36,579 nucleotides of DNA from Salisapilia sapeloensis CBS 127946 (lineage: Eukaryota > Protista > Oomycota). The notes under the pieces were generated by a model. It was given only the letters and a program-made list of their open reading frames with translations, did no database searches and was not told the DNA's origin. Positions 1 to 9,844 of this stretch are shown here, in pieces (within the stretch, counting starts at the first letter, position 1; the number at the start of each line of letters is the position of its first letter). The stretch spans positions 1 through 36,579 of the forward strand of contig JAADVB010000196.1 in the NCBI GenBank assembly GCA_023334545.1, written 5' to 3'. The translations under genes and the position numbers were made by a program.

Positions 1-141
1 GAAAAGCTAAAGGTAGCCACGCCTCGACTGTCCAGCCGACGTTCTCTACCTCCTCCGTTCCAACAGACCTACGTCGCCACCGTCGGCAGCATCCGACAGC
101 AATGGAACATCCGTCAGGATGCTAAACTCTGGTGCTCCCAC
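1..141 (+). repeat. Left copy of a perfect 141-bp terminal inverted repeat (partner 36439..36579)
   Basis: Bases 1-141 are the exact reverse complement of 36439-36579. The first mismatch is at 142, and partial similarity continues to the TAA at 151-153. Confidence 0.97.
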
Positions 142-153
142 CACTCTCTCTAA
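1..153 (+). CDS. Partial (3' end) ORF of unknown function, pointing into the window; duplicated at the other end
   Basis: Frame 1 is open: EKLKVATPRLSSRRSLPPPFQQTYVATVGSIRQQWNIRQDAKLWCSHHSL*. The other copy keeps the frame and the TAA, and 2 of its 3 differences are synonymous. Confidence 0.55.
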   Translation, partial: EKLKVATPRLSSRRSLPPPFQQTYVATVGSIRQQWNIRQDAKLWCSHHSL

Positions 154-208
154 GTACCAACTTGTTTTGCACTCTTTCATGTCATATCCTACTCTTGCAT
201 TAGACTAT

Positions 209-1528
209 CTAGGTAGAGAAGGCGGACGGAGGGATCCGGTAGGACTTTTGGAAAGCGATCGGGTGTGCCGTCAACGCATGGTCAATGTTCGAGAAGCGAT
301 GACCAAAGCGTTCGTACCACTTGACCGTTCGTGCCAGTCCTTCTTTCCACGAAACACTCTCCGTCCATCCTAACTCTCGCACTTTACTCGAATCGATCGT
401 GTACCGCAGGTCGTTAAACGCTCGGTCCTTGACATACTCCATATACTCGCCTTCCTTTTCTCCTGGCTTCATGATCTCAATCAAGTCTTTCGCGACTTGG
501 ACATTCGAAATCTCATTCGATCCACCAATGTTATACACCTCCCCACTCGTTCCTTTGTGAAGAACAATGTCAAACGCCTGCACGACGTCAGAGATGTATA
601 AGTAGTTTCGAGTATTGGATCCATCGCCATGAATCGTTACTTTACGTCCTTTAGACAGTTGATTGATGAACTTAGGAATGAGTTTCTCGGGGTACTGGTG
701 TGGACCATAGACGTTGTTGCTACGAGTGATGATAGTCGGCAGTTGGAAGGATCGATGGTACGCTTTGACGAGGAACTCTGCACCAGCCTTAGTCGCAGCG
801 TATGGATTCGTGGGCTCTAGTACGTGGCTTTCGTGCATCGCGACAGAATTCTCACGACCTTCGCCATACACTTCGTCCGTACTAACGTGGAGGAATTGTT
901 TGATTCCGCCGTGCATACGAGCAGCTTCCAATAACACATGCGTGCCAAGTAGATTGGTATGACTGAAGGAAATAGAGTTTCCGAAAGAATTGTCCACGTG
1001 AGATTGTGCTGCAAAGTGGAGAATGGTGTCTATACGTTCGGTCTTGAGCACATACTCGACGAGATCGGCAGTGGTGATGCTGCCTTTCACGAATTTATAG
1101 TTGGATGGAAGGCTACGCCCGTTGTCATCTGCACTGCTCCGACGTTCTGGTCGAGTGGTTTTATTCACTTCTGCCTCCGTAGCTTGAGGAGCAGTGGTGC
1201 CACCCCCAGCGGCTTGGTCCCAACCACGAAAGCTGCCTCGAAGTCGGTCAGCGAGCTCATCTACGTCCTCTACGTCATTGTCGTAGCCAACACTTTGGCC
1301 TGTCCGTTGCATCTGGTCTGCTTTGTGAGCTGAAATGTAGCTTGTGCTTATGGTCGCAGCCTCCTGACGCATGAACGAGTCCGTGACATTGCTCTCGTTC
1401 GAGCAATAATCAAGCGAATCGAGATTCACAATATAGTATTGAGGGTAATGCTTCACGAGGTGCACCACGACGTGGGAACCGATGAAACCGGCGCCTCCTG
1501 TGACTAGGATCCGCTTTTCAAAGGACAT
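209..1528 (-). CDS. TGDS: dTDP/UDP-glucose 4,6-dehydratase (extended SDR; RmlB/TGDS/RHM N-terminal type), about 439 aa
   Basis: Motifs ILVTGGAGFIGSH, HFAAQSHVDNSF, STDEVYG, PYAATKA (YxxxK), RSNNVYGPHQYPEKLIPKF and DRAFNDLRY. The first ATG before the Rossmann motif is at 1528; the GTG extension to 1681 was not used. Confidence 0.93.
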   Translation of the reverse strand: MSFEKRILVTGGAGFIGSHVVVHLVKHYPQYYIVNLDSLDYCSNESNVTDSFMRQEAATISTSYISAHKADQMQRTGQSVGYDNDVEDVDELADRLRGSFRGWDQAAGGGTTAPQATEAEVNKTTRPERRSSADDNGRSLPSNYKFVKGSITTADLVEYVLKTERIDTILHFAAQSHVDNSFGNSISFSHTNLLGTHVLLEAARMHGGIKQFLHVSTDEVYGEGRENSVAMHESHVLEPTNPYAATKAGAEFLVKAYHRSFQLPTIITRSNNVYGPHQYPEKLIPKFINQLSKGRKVTIHGDGSNTRNYLYISDVVQAFDIVLHKGTSGEVYNIGGSNEISNVQVAKDLIEIMKPGEKEGEYMEYVKDRAFNDLRYTIDSSKVRELGWTESVSWKEGLARTVKWYERFGHRFSNIDHALTAHPIAFQKSYRIPPSAFST

Positions 1529-2199
1529 GTCGAGGATGTGCACAGAATATGGTGAGTATCCCCCATATCCAGAGGTTAACCCAACATAACGGTTAAATAT
1601 GATTGTTGAAGTTATAACCAGATACATGTCAACTTTGACTACCGGAAAGCAGCTTATGATCATTTTGTTTAGACTGGTCACTTTGTGTATGGATGGAGGA
1701 CGATGGAAGGGTGAGCTTGTCGCGGATGCTGCTTCTCTTCAACGCTAGGAGCATAGTGGGTGATAACGCCACCGTTGACAATGTCAAATGGTCGACCTGC
1801 GCTGGCCTCGTTTCGTAGCTTTAGAGCTCTGAAATTTGACAAAGAGGATTAGCACTGCTTTCCATTAGTATATAAATGGGTTTGAAACTACCTCATTTCA
1901 TCAAAGATTGTCGGTGGAGCACAGAATAATCGCTCATGATTATTCAAATTAGGCGTTGCTCGATTTGATTTGCTTTGGTACTCTCGCTTCAGTGCTTTGA
2001 TCTTTGTCGGGTCATGACTACAAGGTGGAATTTATAGGAGTACATACGTATCACGGATGTATATATCCAATTGACTACCTTAAAAGATCGCGCTCAAACG
2101 GAAGTCCTCGCATCCTCGTCGCTTCATTTGGTCTCTCCTCCGTGCCCATCACATCGTTATTCACGTGCCGAGTAGTGCTGTAATATAAAACCCGATCAG

Positions 2200-2904
2200 C
2201 TACATGTCTATGATTCTTGTATGAGGGCAAAAGGCATGATACATGAGCTGCTTAAGGCGTCCAGCATTCTTATTTGCTCGTTGAATCGCATGCTGCGCCT
2301 GGTGATACTGTGTAATAAAATGCTGACGCTCTCTTCGCTCTTTCGGCGTCATGATACCTTCTTGAAGGTAAATCGAGCTAGGGACAGGTTTGTACTCAAT
2401 TTCTGGAGCCCGATTATACCCTTCTGAAGTTGCCAATACTGGAGCCATCTACTTGACAAAGTAAGCATATTTTACAAATGATTTCAACGAGGACGTCTAC
2501 GCACCATGTCTCTTGGACATTTTCCTCCTACATCGTTTGGAGAGTCCCTACAAAGTAGCCATATTTACACCAAGCCTATCTTCCGAGACTTGCCGAATCA
2601 TGATATATACTGACCTTACTCGGACATCCATTGTTTGCAGCCCACTGGCGCAGGTTGCATCAAGTGGTACAGCGCGTAAATCCTTCGTTACAACGGTTTT
2701 CGGTGTTGGTTCCAGTCGATAGAATGGTCTCTTATCACACTTTTGACGATCCCAAGACGTCATCTGCGTCTTCCGGTTCACCTGAGCTCGTGACAGGACC
2801 TGATCTGCATTCCGTGCTCCAGGTAAATCTATAAACTTGTTCAGTCGACTTGGCTCCACAGCCTTTCGCATCGTTGTTGCTTCCACCACATCCTGGTTGC
2901 GCAT
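2200..2904 (-). CDS. Hypothetical protein, about 193 aa, 3 exons (2904-2615, 2547-2505, 2448-2200)
   Basis: Manual splicing with GT-AG introns 2614-2548 (67 nt) and 2504-2449 (56 nt) joins ORF-track frames 2548..2979 and 2200..2448 into one open frame. No family recognised; start codon uncertain. Confidence 0.5.
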
Positions 2905-2994
2905 TCTCCCGATCACTTGACCTGCTACCAACAAACTACTGACTTTGGTGCAAGATATAAATAGTTTGAAGCAGAACAAGGAATATGAATTTGA

Positions 2995-4494
2995 TCATGT
3001 AGCTGCATTTGGATCATCTATAGTAAAAACTCTGAACACTCTTCTAGAAATGACTTTGCCTATGGATCCATCTGTGATATAGTCCAGCAGCAGCTCTTCC
3101 TTCTGTTTAGCACTCATACGCACATCTTCATACTTTTCCATCAGACTTGATACAGTCGGAAAGTGATTTACAATCAACTGCGCCTTGGCTTCACTCACTC
3201 CAGGTATCATCTGCAGCATATGCAGCCACGTATTGGCACTATCGTTGTCTACTGCACCGGACGGCATGATCCGGAATGACGTCAGCCGACGGATGCTGTC
3301 TAAAGCAGCTTCTTCAGTCGAAACGTCTGCGGCGGCAATGGAAATCTCACGTGTGATCAAGGCAACCTGTTCCCCAGTCTCCTTTGAGTCGTTTGTGAAG
3401 CAGAAATGGATACGTGTGTCTTTATGCAATTGGAAACAAAGACTTTGGACGTCTCGAAAGGTCATTGTCGAGGCGTCATTACGTCGATACTGAATCAACG
3501 CGTCATCTAAGCCCTGTAGAATGAAGAAAGCAATGGCTTGTTCATCTTTACTAGCTCCCCAACCTGCATCTTTCCATCGATTGACAGTATTTACAATGTC
3601 AGAATAGTTGTTGGATGAGATGAACGGAAGAAAGCGTTCGGCTGTCATGTGGATGCCGATCGATAAGGAGCTCTTCTTCTGTTTTCGAGAAGGTGACGCT
3701 TGGGACCACTTTCGTTGCCACCGAAGGAGACCAGGTGTAGCGTTTGAAAAGGATGAGAGTGTGTAGGAGAGCTTTTTGTTGTTGTAAATATGATTTTTCA
3801 ATCCTTCTTGGATGGCACTTCCGGTCGAGGATTTTAAAAATGTCGACTCGACAGATATGGAAACCGATGGACACGCTTTTAGTCGGCTTTTAGATGGAGA
3901 GTTGTACGTTTGAGGATGATAACTGGTGTTTGTATCGGCAGAGGTATATCGACAAATGGCAGTGGAAGAGGCACAAGCTGAAGTAGTAGTCGACGATGTA
4001 TCCGTTGCTCTGCTCGTATCGGTCGTACCGTCCGAGTCCGATATCACCACAGAGTCGTCATTTAAACGTTGCAGATTCTTTACACTGGTTGGATTAGGAC
4101 GACTGGATGGAACAGAGTGTTGGACGACTTGTTCTGGCGATTCCGTAAGGTCCACGATGCTCGTGTCATTGGCATTTTGAGATAATTCACGCTCAGGTTC
4201 AATTTCGAGATCACTCTTGTCGTTGGATATGTCGAGTATACTGATTGGTATCGATTGAGTGGTTCGAGAGATAGCTACTTGCTGTGCTTTGGGCGATGGA
4301 GTAGTAAGTTCTATAATCTCCGTCTGTAAAGTTGTCGACGCTGGTGCCTTGGGTCGGTTCTGAGGTATGCCGAGTTCAGCGAGCACTGTCTGAAGGTCAT
4401 GGTCATCATCCTCATCACTACTGTCGGAGTGCTTCATCCGAGGACGACGCGGTGCCCGTTCATCCGAGCCAAGTGGACGTCTCCTCTTGCTCAT
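2995..4494 (-). CDS. EME1: Crossover-junction endonuclease subunit EME1/MMS4-like (disordered N-terminus, ERCC4-like domain, C-terminal HhH)
   Basis: The C-terminus WLHMLQMIPGVSEAKAQLIVNHFPTVSSLMEKY...KEELL...IGKVISRRVFRVFT.DDP matches the EME1 HhH2 pattern. No ERKxxxD nuclease motif, so not MUS81/XPF. Single 499-aa ORF. Confidence 0.75.
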   Translation of the reverse strand: MSKRRRPLGSDERAPRRPRMKHSDSSDEDDDHDLQTVLAELGIPQNRPKAPASTTLQTEIIELTTPSPKAQQVAISRTTQSIPISILDISNDKSDLEIEPERELSQNANDTSIVDLTESPEQVVQHSVPSSRPNPTSVKNLQRLNDDSVVISDSDGTTDTSRATDTSSTTTSACASSTAICRYTSADTNTSYHPQTYNSPSKSRLKACPSVSISVESTFLKSSTGSAIQEGLKNHIYNNKKLSYTLSSFSNATPGLLRWQRKWSQASPSRKQKKSSLSIGIHMTAERFLPFISSNNYSDIVNTVNRWKDAGWGASKDEQAIAFFILQGLDDALIQYRRNDASTMTFRDVQSLCFQLHKDTRIHFCFTNDSKETGEQVALITREISIAAADVSTEEAALDSIRRLTSFRIMPSGAVDNDSANTWLHMLQMIPGVSEAKAQLIVNHFPTVSSLMEKYEDVRMSAKQKEELLLDYITDGSIGKVISRRVFRVFTIDDPNAAT

Positions 4495-6430
4495 TTTGCA
4501 CTGCGCGGGAGCTAACTTTTAAACTTGACAATACAAAAACCAAGATTATTTTGCTCGGTACATTGCGATGAGATTGTGCGTCTGTCACATAGTTTACTCG
4601 AACAAATTATACTGTGTAATTATCTTGATTATCGTATACAAAGAGGTTGACGATAAAAGTGAAGTCGGTTTGATGCTTTGACTTCAAGTGGTAACTTGGG
4701 CCTGCTGTGGAGGTACAATGTCCCATTACTACCTCACTACTTTAGCTTGACAATATATGATGTATTTATTTATCTCCTTTGCAGGATGACCGTTGTATGC
4801 CATCATTTTCTTCTGATCGAACGTTTATGCTCCAATTTCCCAATCTAATGCTACCTCTCTATTGCGAATGTTTCATTCTTTCGCATGCAAAACCTACATA
4901 CTTGTGGTCCTATGAGCGTGAGATGGAGCCTTTTTCGTTTATCTATTTTTCGCAAGTAGCGCAATCGAATCTTTAACTCTGCCATCTATTCATCTGAAAT
5001 AAGATCAAGGTTACTTTCCATTATACTTGAACTCTAGCAAATCTCACGACACACTTTGAAAAATCTTGGAAATTACTAGTTCTGTGCACGCTGTACAGAT
5101 TAGTCAATGGATGGAGATGCAAAGATCGCTGTCGCCTGTTGAAATGATGCTATGTCGTGCGTTCTGAGTTTGATGGAAGATAGAAAAGAGCAGACCGTCA
5201 AGAAGTTTAGAGGAAGTAGCAGCCCATTACTCGTTATTACCACATAACCTTTCATTTGGTTCGTGTCCAAAAGATACTCACTATGAAGTGCTAGGCCATT
5301 TCTACGCTCGCAGCTTGCATTGATGCAGATGTCTTTCGACATAAGAAGTTAAAGCATGTAGCAATGAAAAGCCGATCTCGCATTCTTCAATAAATACGGA
5401 AGCATCATAACGGAGATGAGTTTCAGCTACTTGCCAAGGAGCGTGTCTTTGAAGCGATACCGCTTCTGCGATACTTCTTGTACTCAGCATTCGCATCGCG
5501 TATGAACCCTCGAGCTAGCCGGTTTAATGATCATATAGAATGCATCTTCTTCGTAAAAGTAGGGTATCCTGTGCGTTGCGACTGCAAGTCTGACTACTTG
5601 ATGGAATGACTTTGTTAGAAGCAGGGTCAAGGCAGAACTATATTAATAGGTACAATGTTGAGGTGATTCTTCATTCAGAGACATCTTAAGGCAACATTGT
5701 ACACGATCATACTGTTATATACAATAACTGCATAGTACTCGAGTATTTTGTTGATTGTCAGATTTTAATTGAAAGTATGAAAAAGCTGAGGATGTTTATT
5801 AGGAAGGCTCAATGGGTCTCAGAAGAGTGTATCTTTGCATCTATCTCACAAACTCTTACATTAGGCTATTGAAGTCCTAGCATTATTCTACGGAGAAAAT
5901 GACATCAAAGCATACATTTGTAGAGAAATCCCAACAGCGATAACGAAATCGACTATTGTGACGAACCGTTGCTGCTATACTTCTACGCTTACAAATACGC
6001 TTTTCTGGCTTTCCCGATGAAGCTTCAGCACGTCACCATCGCTTAGTGTGCGATTATAGAAACAAAGTAGATGGTCTACAAATCTGTTCCTTCTTTTCCA
6101 TGATGCGTTTGTCTTCTAAGTTTCTTTATTGCGTGTCTACAGCAGTGCTTGCAGAAGGACATGTATTATGTAGATACATGGGCTGAACTGGATGACCTTT
6201 GACTTGGAATAGACTCGACCTACTTAATTTTCCTTCTATCTCTCTACTGCACTCAAAGCCATCATCGGCTTTTAGTAGAATATTGCGTACGGCCTGCCAT
6301 TCCTTCACACCCAAAGCTGTAGATACCGATCGTTTGAGCGAGCGCTTCTTGTCTCCATTTTGCAATTTGCATCCTGCGAAAGAGCTATCATCCCGCAACA
6401 AGGCGCTTTAAAGCGAAACAATAACCAACG

Positions 6431-7894
6431 ATGCCTCGAAAGCAAAACATGACAGCTTCGGCTTCCTATGGCCCTCGTGAACGTCATGATCGTTCGTTAC
6501 TTGATGAAAATAAGCGACGCAAGATGCTGCGCTGGATTAAAAAAGTCATTGGGATCGAAGAGGAAGAAGAAGGAAAGCGTTCCAGCGTCAATATGGATGA
6601 AGTCAAGTCACTTTCGGCTTCCTTTGGCTTGAAAGCAAGCCTATATCCCGTGTATCCGACCGGTATCCAGCATGTGCATGTGTTAATTGCTGGCGCTGGC
6701 ATCGGTGGACTGTGTCTTGCTCAGGGACTTCGCAAAGCTGGTATCCCCTTCACAGTATTTGAGCGAGATCCGACTCCAAACTACCGAACTCAAGGCTATC
6801 GTCTTCGCATCAACAGTTCTGGATACGAAGCACTGCAATCGTGCCTCTCTTCTACTGACTTTGAAGTATTTTCGACAGCCACTGGACATTTCCAACCAGG
6901 CTTGGAGTATCTCGATGCTGTAACTGGAAAACCCACTTCTCCGACAGCAAGCTTTGCCCATAAGAATAGCACCGTCGAAAATGTCTTTAGTGCTGATCGT
7001 GCAATGTTGCGGACACTACTCTTGTCCGGTCTCAATGATGGCGAAGTCCATTATGGCATGTCACTTAAAAGTTTCCAGACGCTACCGAATGGACGTGTGG
7101 AAGTATACTTTGACAATGGCAAGAGAATGGAAGGGAGTATTCTTATTGGCGCGGATGGGACGACTTCAAGAGTACGTCGTCAATACATACCTCGTGCCAC
7201 CACACTGCTCGACACGGATTGCGGTGCCATTTACGGCAAAACACCTCTCACACCAGAGCTCGAGGCCTTCTTCTCGAGCAATCGAACTACCTTGGTAACG
7301 TCACAATACCCAAAAATGGCTCTTGTATTGGAGCCTCGATGCTCCAGCCAGGTAAATTGGATGGACTACGAGCACATGACACCTTCCTCGGGGGACATTC
7401 CAGACCTTCAAAACTACATGTGCTGGGTCCTTATCGCTCGAGCGGAGTACTTTTACCATGACCAAACGACATCAGCTGGAGACCTTTTTGCCATGGAGCC
7501 ACAAGAAGTAGCTGTACTCTCGCGGTTAATGACATGCGACTGGTCACCGTCCATCCGAGCTGTGTTCGAGCATCAAGCACCGGAATGGTGCTCCTTCCTT
7601 CGCATCTCGACGACGTCTCCTAATATTAAGAAATGGACTCCGTCTCCGGTGACGTTGTTGGGAGATGCAGTTCATACGATGGCTCCAGCTGGTATTGGAT
7701 GCAATACCGCTCTTCAGGATGCACACATGCTCGTCAAATACTTTGACGAGTATGGTGCTGGTGTCGAAGCGATCGCTCAATATGAAAATGTCATGCGTGA
7801 GAATGGAAAGAAAGGCATTGAGCTGAGCATTGAAGCTGGAGCACAAATGTACGGACTTCCGCCTGTTAAGGACATGCGACCCGTCGTCTACTAG
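6431..7894 (+). CDS. Class A FAD-dependent monooxygenase (FAD_binding_3, aromatic hydroxylase-like), intronless
   Basis: All three class A FAD fingerprints are present: GAGIGG, LIGADG and VTLLGDAVH...GIGCNTALQDA. Also FERD...QGYRLRI. Confidence 0.9.
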   Translation: MPRKQNMTASASYGPRERHDRSLLDENKRRKMLRWIKKVIGIEEEEEGKRSSVNMDEVKSLSASFGLKASLYPVYPTGIQHVHVLIAGAGIGGLCLAQGLRKAGIPFTVFERDPTPNYRTQGYRLRINSSGYEALQSCLSSTDFEVFSTATGHFQPGLEYLDAVTGKPTSPTASFAHKNSTVENVFSADRAMLRTLLLSGLNDGEVHYGMSLKSFQTLPNGRVEVYFDNGKRMEGSILIGADGTTSRVRRQYIPRATTLLDTDCGAIYGKTPLTPELEAFFSSNRTTLVTSQYPKMALVLEPRCSSQVNWMDYEHMTPSSGDIPDLQNYMCWVLIARAEYFYHDQTTSAGDLFAMEPQEVAVLSRLMTCDWSPSIRAVFEHQAPEWCSFLRISTTSPNIKKWTPSPVTLLGDAVHTMAPAGIGCNTALQDAHMLVKYFDEYGAGVEAIAQYENVMRENGKKGIELSIEAGAQMYGLPPVKDMRPVVY

Positions 7895-8418
7895 ATCTCA
7901 CGTGGCACGAGAGTATCCAGAGTACCACTGTCAATGGAAACAGTATCTGATACCGCTCTTAAGGATCGCTTTTGTCCAGACATGTGGAAGATTGGCTCTA
8001 GGTTTCCATTGCACCGGAATGCAAAGTGAAGTGTCCTGTGTGCTCGTTCATATTTCTTAAGAAAGTACATTTGTCTTTATTACAATGTCCTTGTGCTCTC
8101 TTCTTTAAATTTCTCTTCCGGGCATTCTAGTTTTCCGTCTCGTCTTTCAGAAGCTGATCCTTGGCAAGTTTATTTATAGCCTAAGGTGGCGATATCTTTC
8201 TTACAATTACCTCTGAAGGAAATGAACACGAGGATAGATACGATGGAAGTAGAATTAAAGCGCATACGTTAAGCTGAATTAATAAAACATGAAAATAGAC
8301 GGTAAAATTCTTCGACGGGATACTATACACTAGCTGATGACAGCGTCATACATCGTACGGAAAGGTTATCACAACTTTATCTAATCTCTCCTGCGCATCA
8401 ATCCGTTCCCAATCTCTT

Positions 8419-8931
8419 CTACAGCGTACTCAGCATGTCCGGGTTCACATCGATCTGAGGCGCGTTCACTACACCGTCCATAAACGACACAACTTGTCCT
8501 CCGCACGTCACGAACATCTTGTCCGGAGGTGGGGATGCAGTTGATCCAGGATGGTTATTAGAGCGGTGACTGTACGAAGCGTACGGATTGTTGCTGCTCA
8601 TGGGCATGCGTGGTGGAGATCCGACGACGGAAGAGTTGGCGGAAGAGCAGGATGATGTCGCGCTGCAATAGCTAGCCGAGCTGCTACCGACAGCACCCCA
8701 TTGGTCTTTCGCATGCATGGATGATCGCTGAGGGGAGTTCATGGCTTGAGAGTCCCAATATTGCATCTGCTGCAGCATCGCCCGTTGGGCCGTCAACTGC
8801 TTGAGATCCTGGACGGACATGCCGCTTCGGATCTCACACATGTCGTACCCGTTGTTAGGTGCGGGCGCACCGTAGGGCGGATTGTAGACACATGACCGAA
8901 AGTGTGGCGGGATGACAGTTCCGGCAACCAT
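8419..8931 (-). CDS. Ser/Pro/Asn/Met-rich low-complexity hypothetical protein (last exon or whole CDS; 5' structure near 9000-9140 unresolved)
   Basis: 170-aa ATG-initiated ORF with biased, protein-like composition. An intron-like GTATGT...CTGAC...AG lies upstream near 9040-9090, but I could not splice it into this frame unambiguously. Confidence 0.5.
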   Translation of the reverse strand: MVAGTVIPPHFRSCVYNPPYGAPAPNNGYDMCEIRSGMSVQDLKQLTAQRAMLQQMQYWDSQAMNSPQRSSMHAKDQWGAVGSSSASYCSATSSCSSANSSVVGSPPRMPMSSNNPYASYSHRSNNHPGSTASPPPDKMFVTCGGQVVSFMDGVVNAPQIDVNPDMLSTL

Positions 8932-9332
8932 GGCTTCGAGTCGACTTGACGGGTGTGGATGAAGCAGATAAAGATGGAATGGGATGTCGACTCGATCCGG
9001 CAGATACCTTTATGAAAGTAGGGTAGCTTTGGAGCCTTTCGAAGTCAGTCAGCAGCACTTTCGAACAATTAGCCCAGGTCACATACCCTCCCAGTCTTTT
9101 TTCTCTGTTTTGCATGGGAGTTTCATCTTCGTGTCCATAGAAAGGAGGCCAAGTAGACAAACGATGGAAAGACTTGGATGAAACGGTTGAAGTCGATCAT
9201 TGCATCACTCGACCCACCGCTCATTTTCGCTTATCGCGCCTCTTCACCGCATGATCGAGTGGCCAAGGGGAAAACTTGAGTAACCGTTAAATGCGAGCTT
9301 GCTTCTCGCCGAATGTTTCACATTGACCTTAT

Positions 9333-9818
9333 CTACGTTTCCAATCGAATGCTCCCATAGAAATTATCTACTGCAAGGATACTGGCATAAACTTTCGATC
9401 TTGCTGTTCCAAGGCTTCTTTCCAATGCCACCATGGACAGCGTAGTAGAAGGGGTATCCTGGTGGCAACATTCAAGCACGCTTTCGCACGCACCCACGAT
9501 CGCATGCGTCTGGGATGAACGCGTCGGAAAAGAAGGATCAGAAAATCTGGTCATTGAACTAAGGATGCGTATTCTACTTTCGCCCTAAATCTTGTCGTAT
9601 TGTGACTCTTGTCGGCTTCAATCGTGCAAGGTACGACAAAGTTGACAAGCAACTGAGAGCCGGAGGAGATCGAAGCAGCAGACAGTTGCTCGAAGTTTCC
9701 ACAATTGTATCTGGAAAGATACGTCTCCAGATACAGGTCGAGGTGACTGTTTCGTTAGTATCTTGGCGTTAGAGTAGATAGGACGAAGCAGAAACAAGTA
9801 CAAAGACGGGATGCACAT
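9333..9818 (-). CDS. Candidate 120-aa hypothetical protein, 3 exons (9818-9802, 9746-9578, 9509-9333)
   Basis: Intron 9801-9747 (55 nt) has GT, a CTAAC branch point and AG. Intron 9577-9510 (68 nt) is GT-AG. The spliced frame is open: MCIPSFHLDLYLETYLSRYNCGNFEQL...SIRLET*. No homology recognised. Confidence 0.35.
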
Positions 9819-9844
9819 ATATCACATAGCAATAGAGATATATT

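Noticed and set aside
130-139. TGGTGCTCCC as an LTR primer-binding site
   Set aside because: No adjacent TG...CA LTR boundary and no tRNA 3' end I can match. It falls inside the conserved reading frame.
1529-1681. GTG-initiated N-terminal extension of the dehydratase
   Set aside because: A eukaryotic gene with an ATG directly before the Rossmann motif; the extension has no family similarity.
3185-4180. Plus-strand ORFs 3185..3493 and 3926..4180
   Set aside because: Antisense shadows of EME1.
5100-5496. Two minus-strand ORFs (64 and 80 aa) that might be one broken gene
   Set aside because: No recognisable motif and no convincing splice joining them; possibly decayed sequence.
6431-7894. Calling the monooxygenase TetX or another specific enzyme
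   Set aside because: Only family-level FAD motifs are visible; the substrate cannot be read from them.
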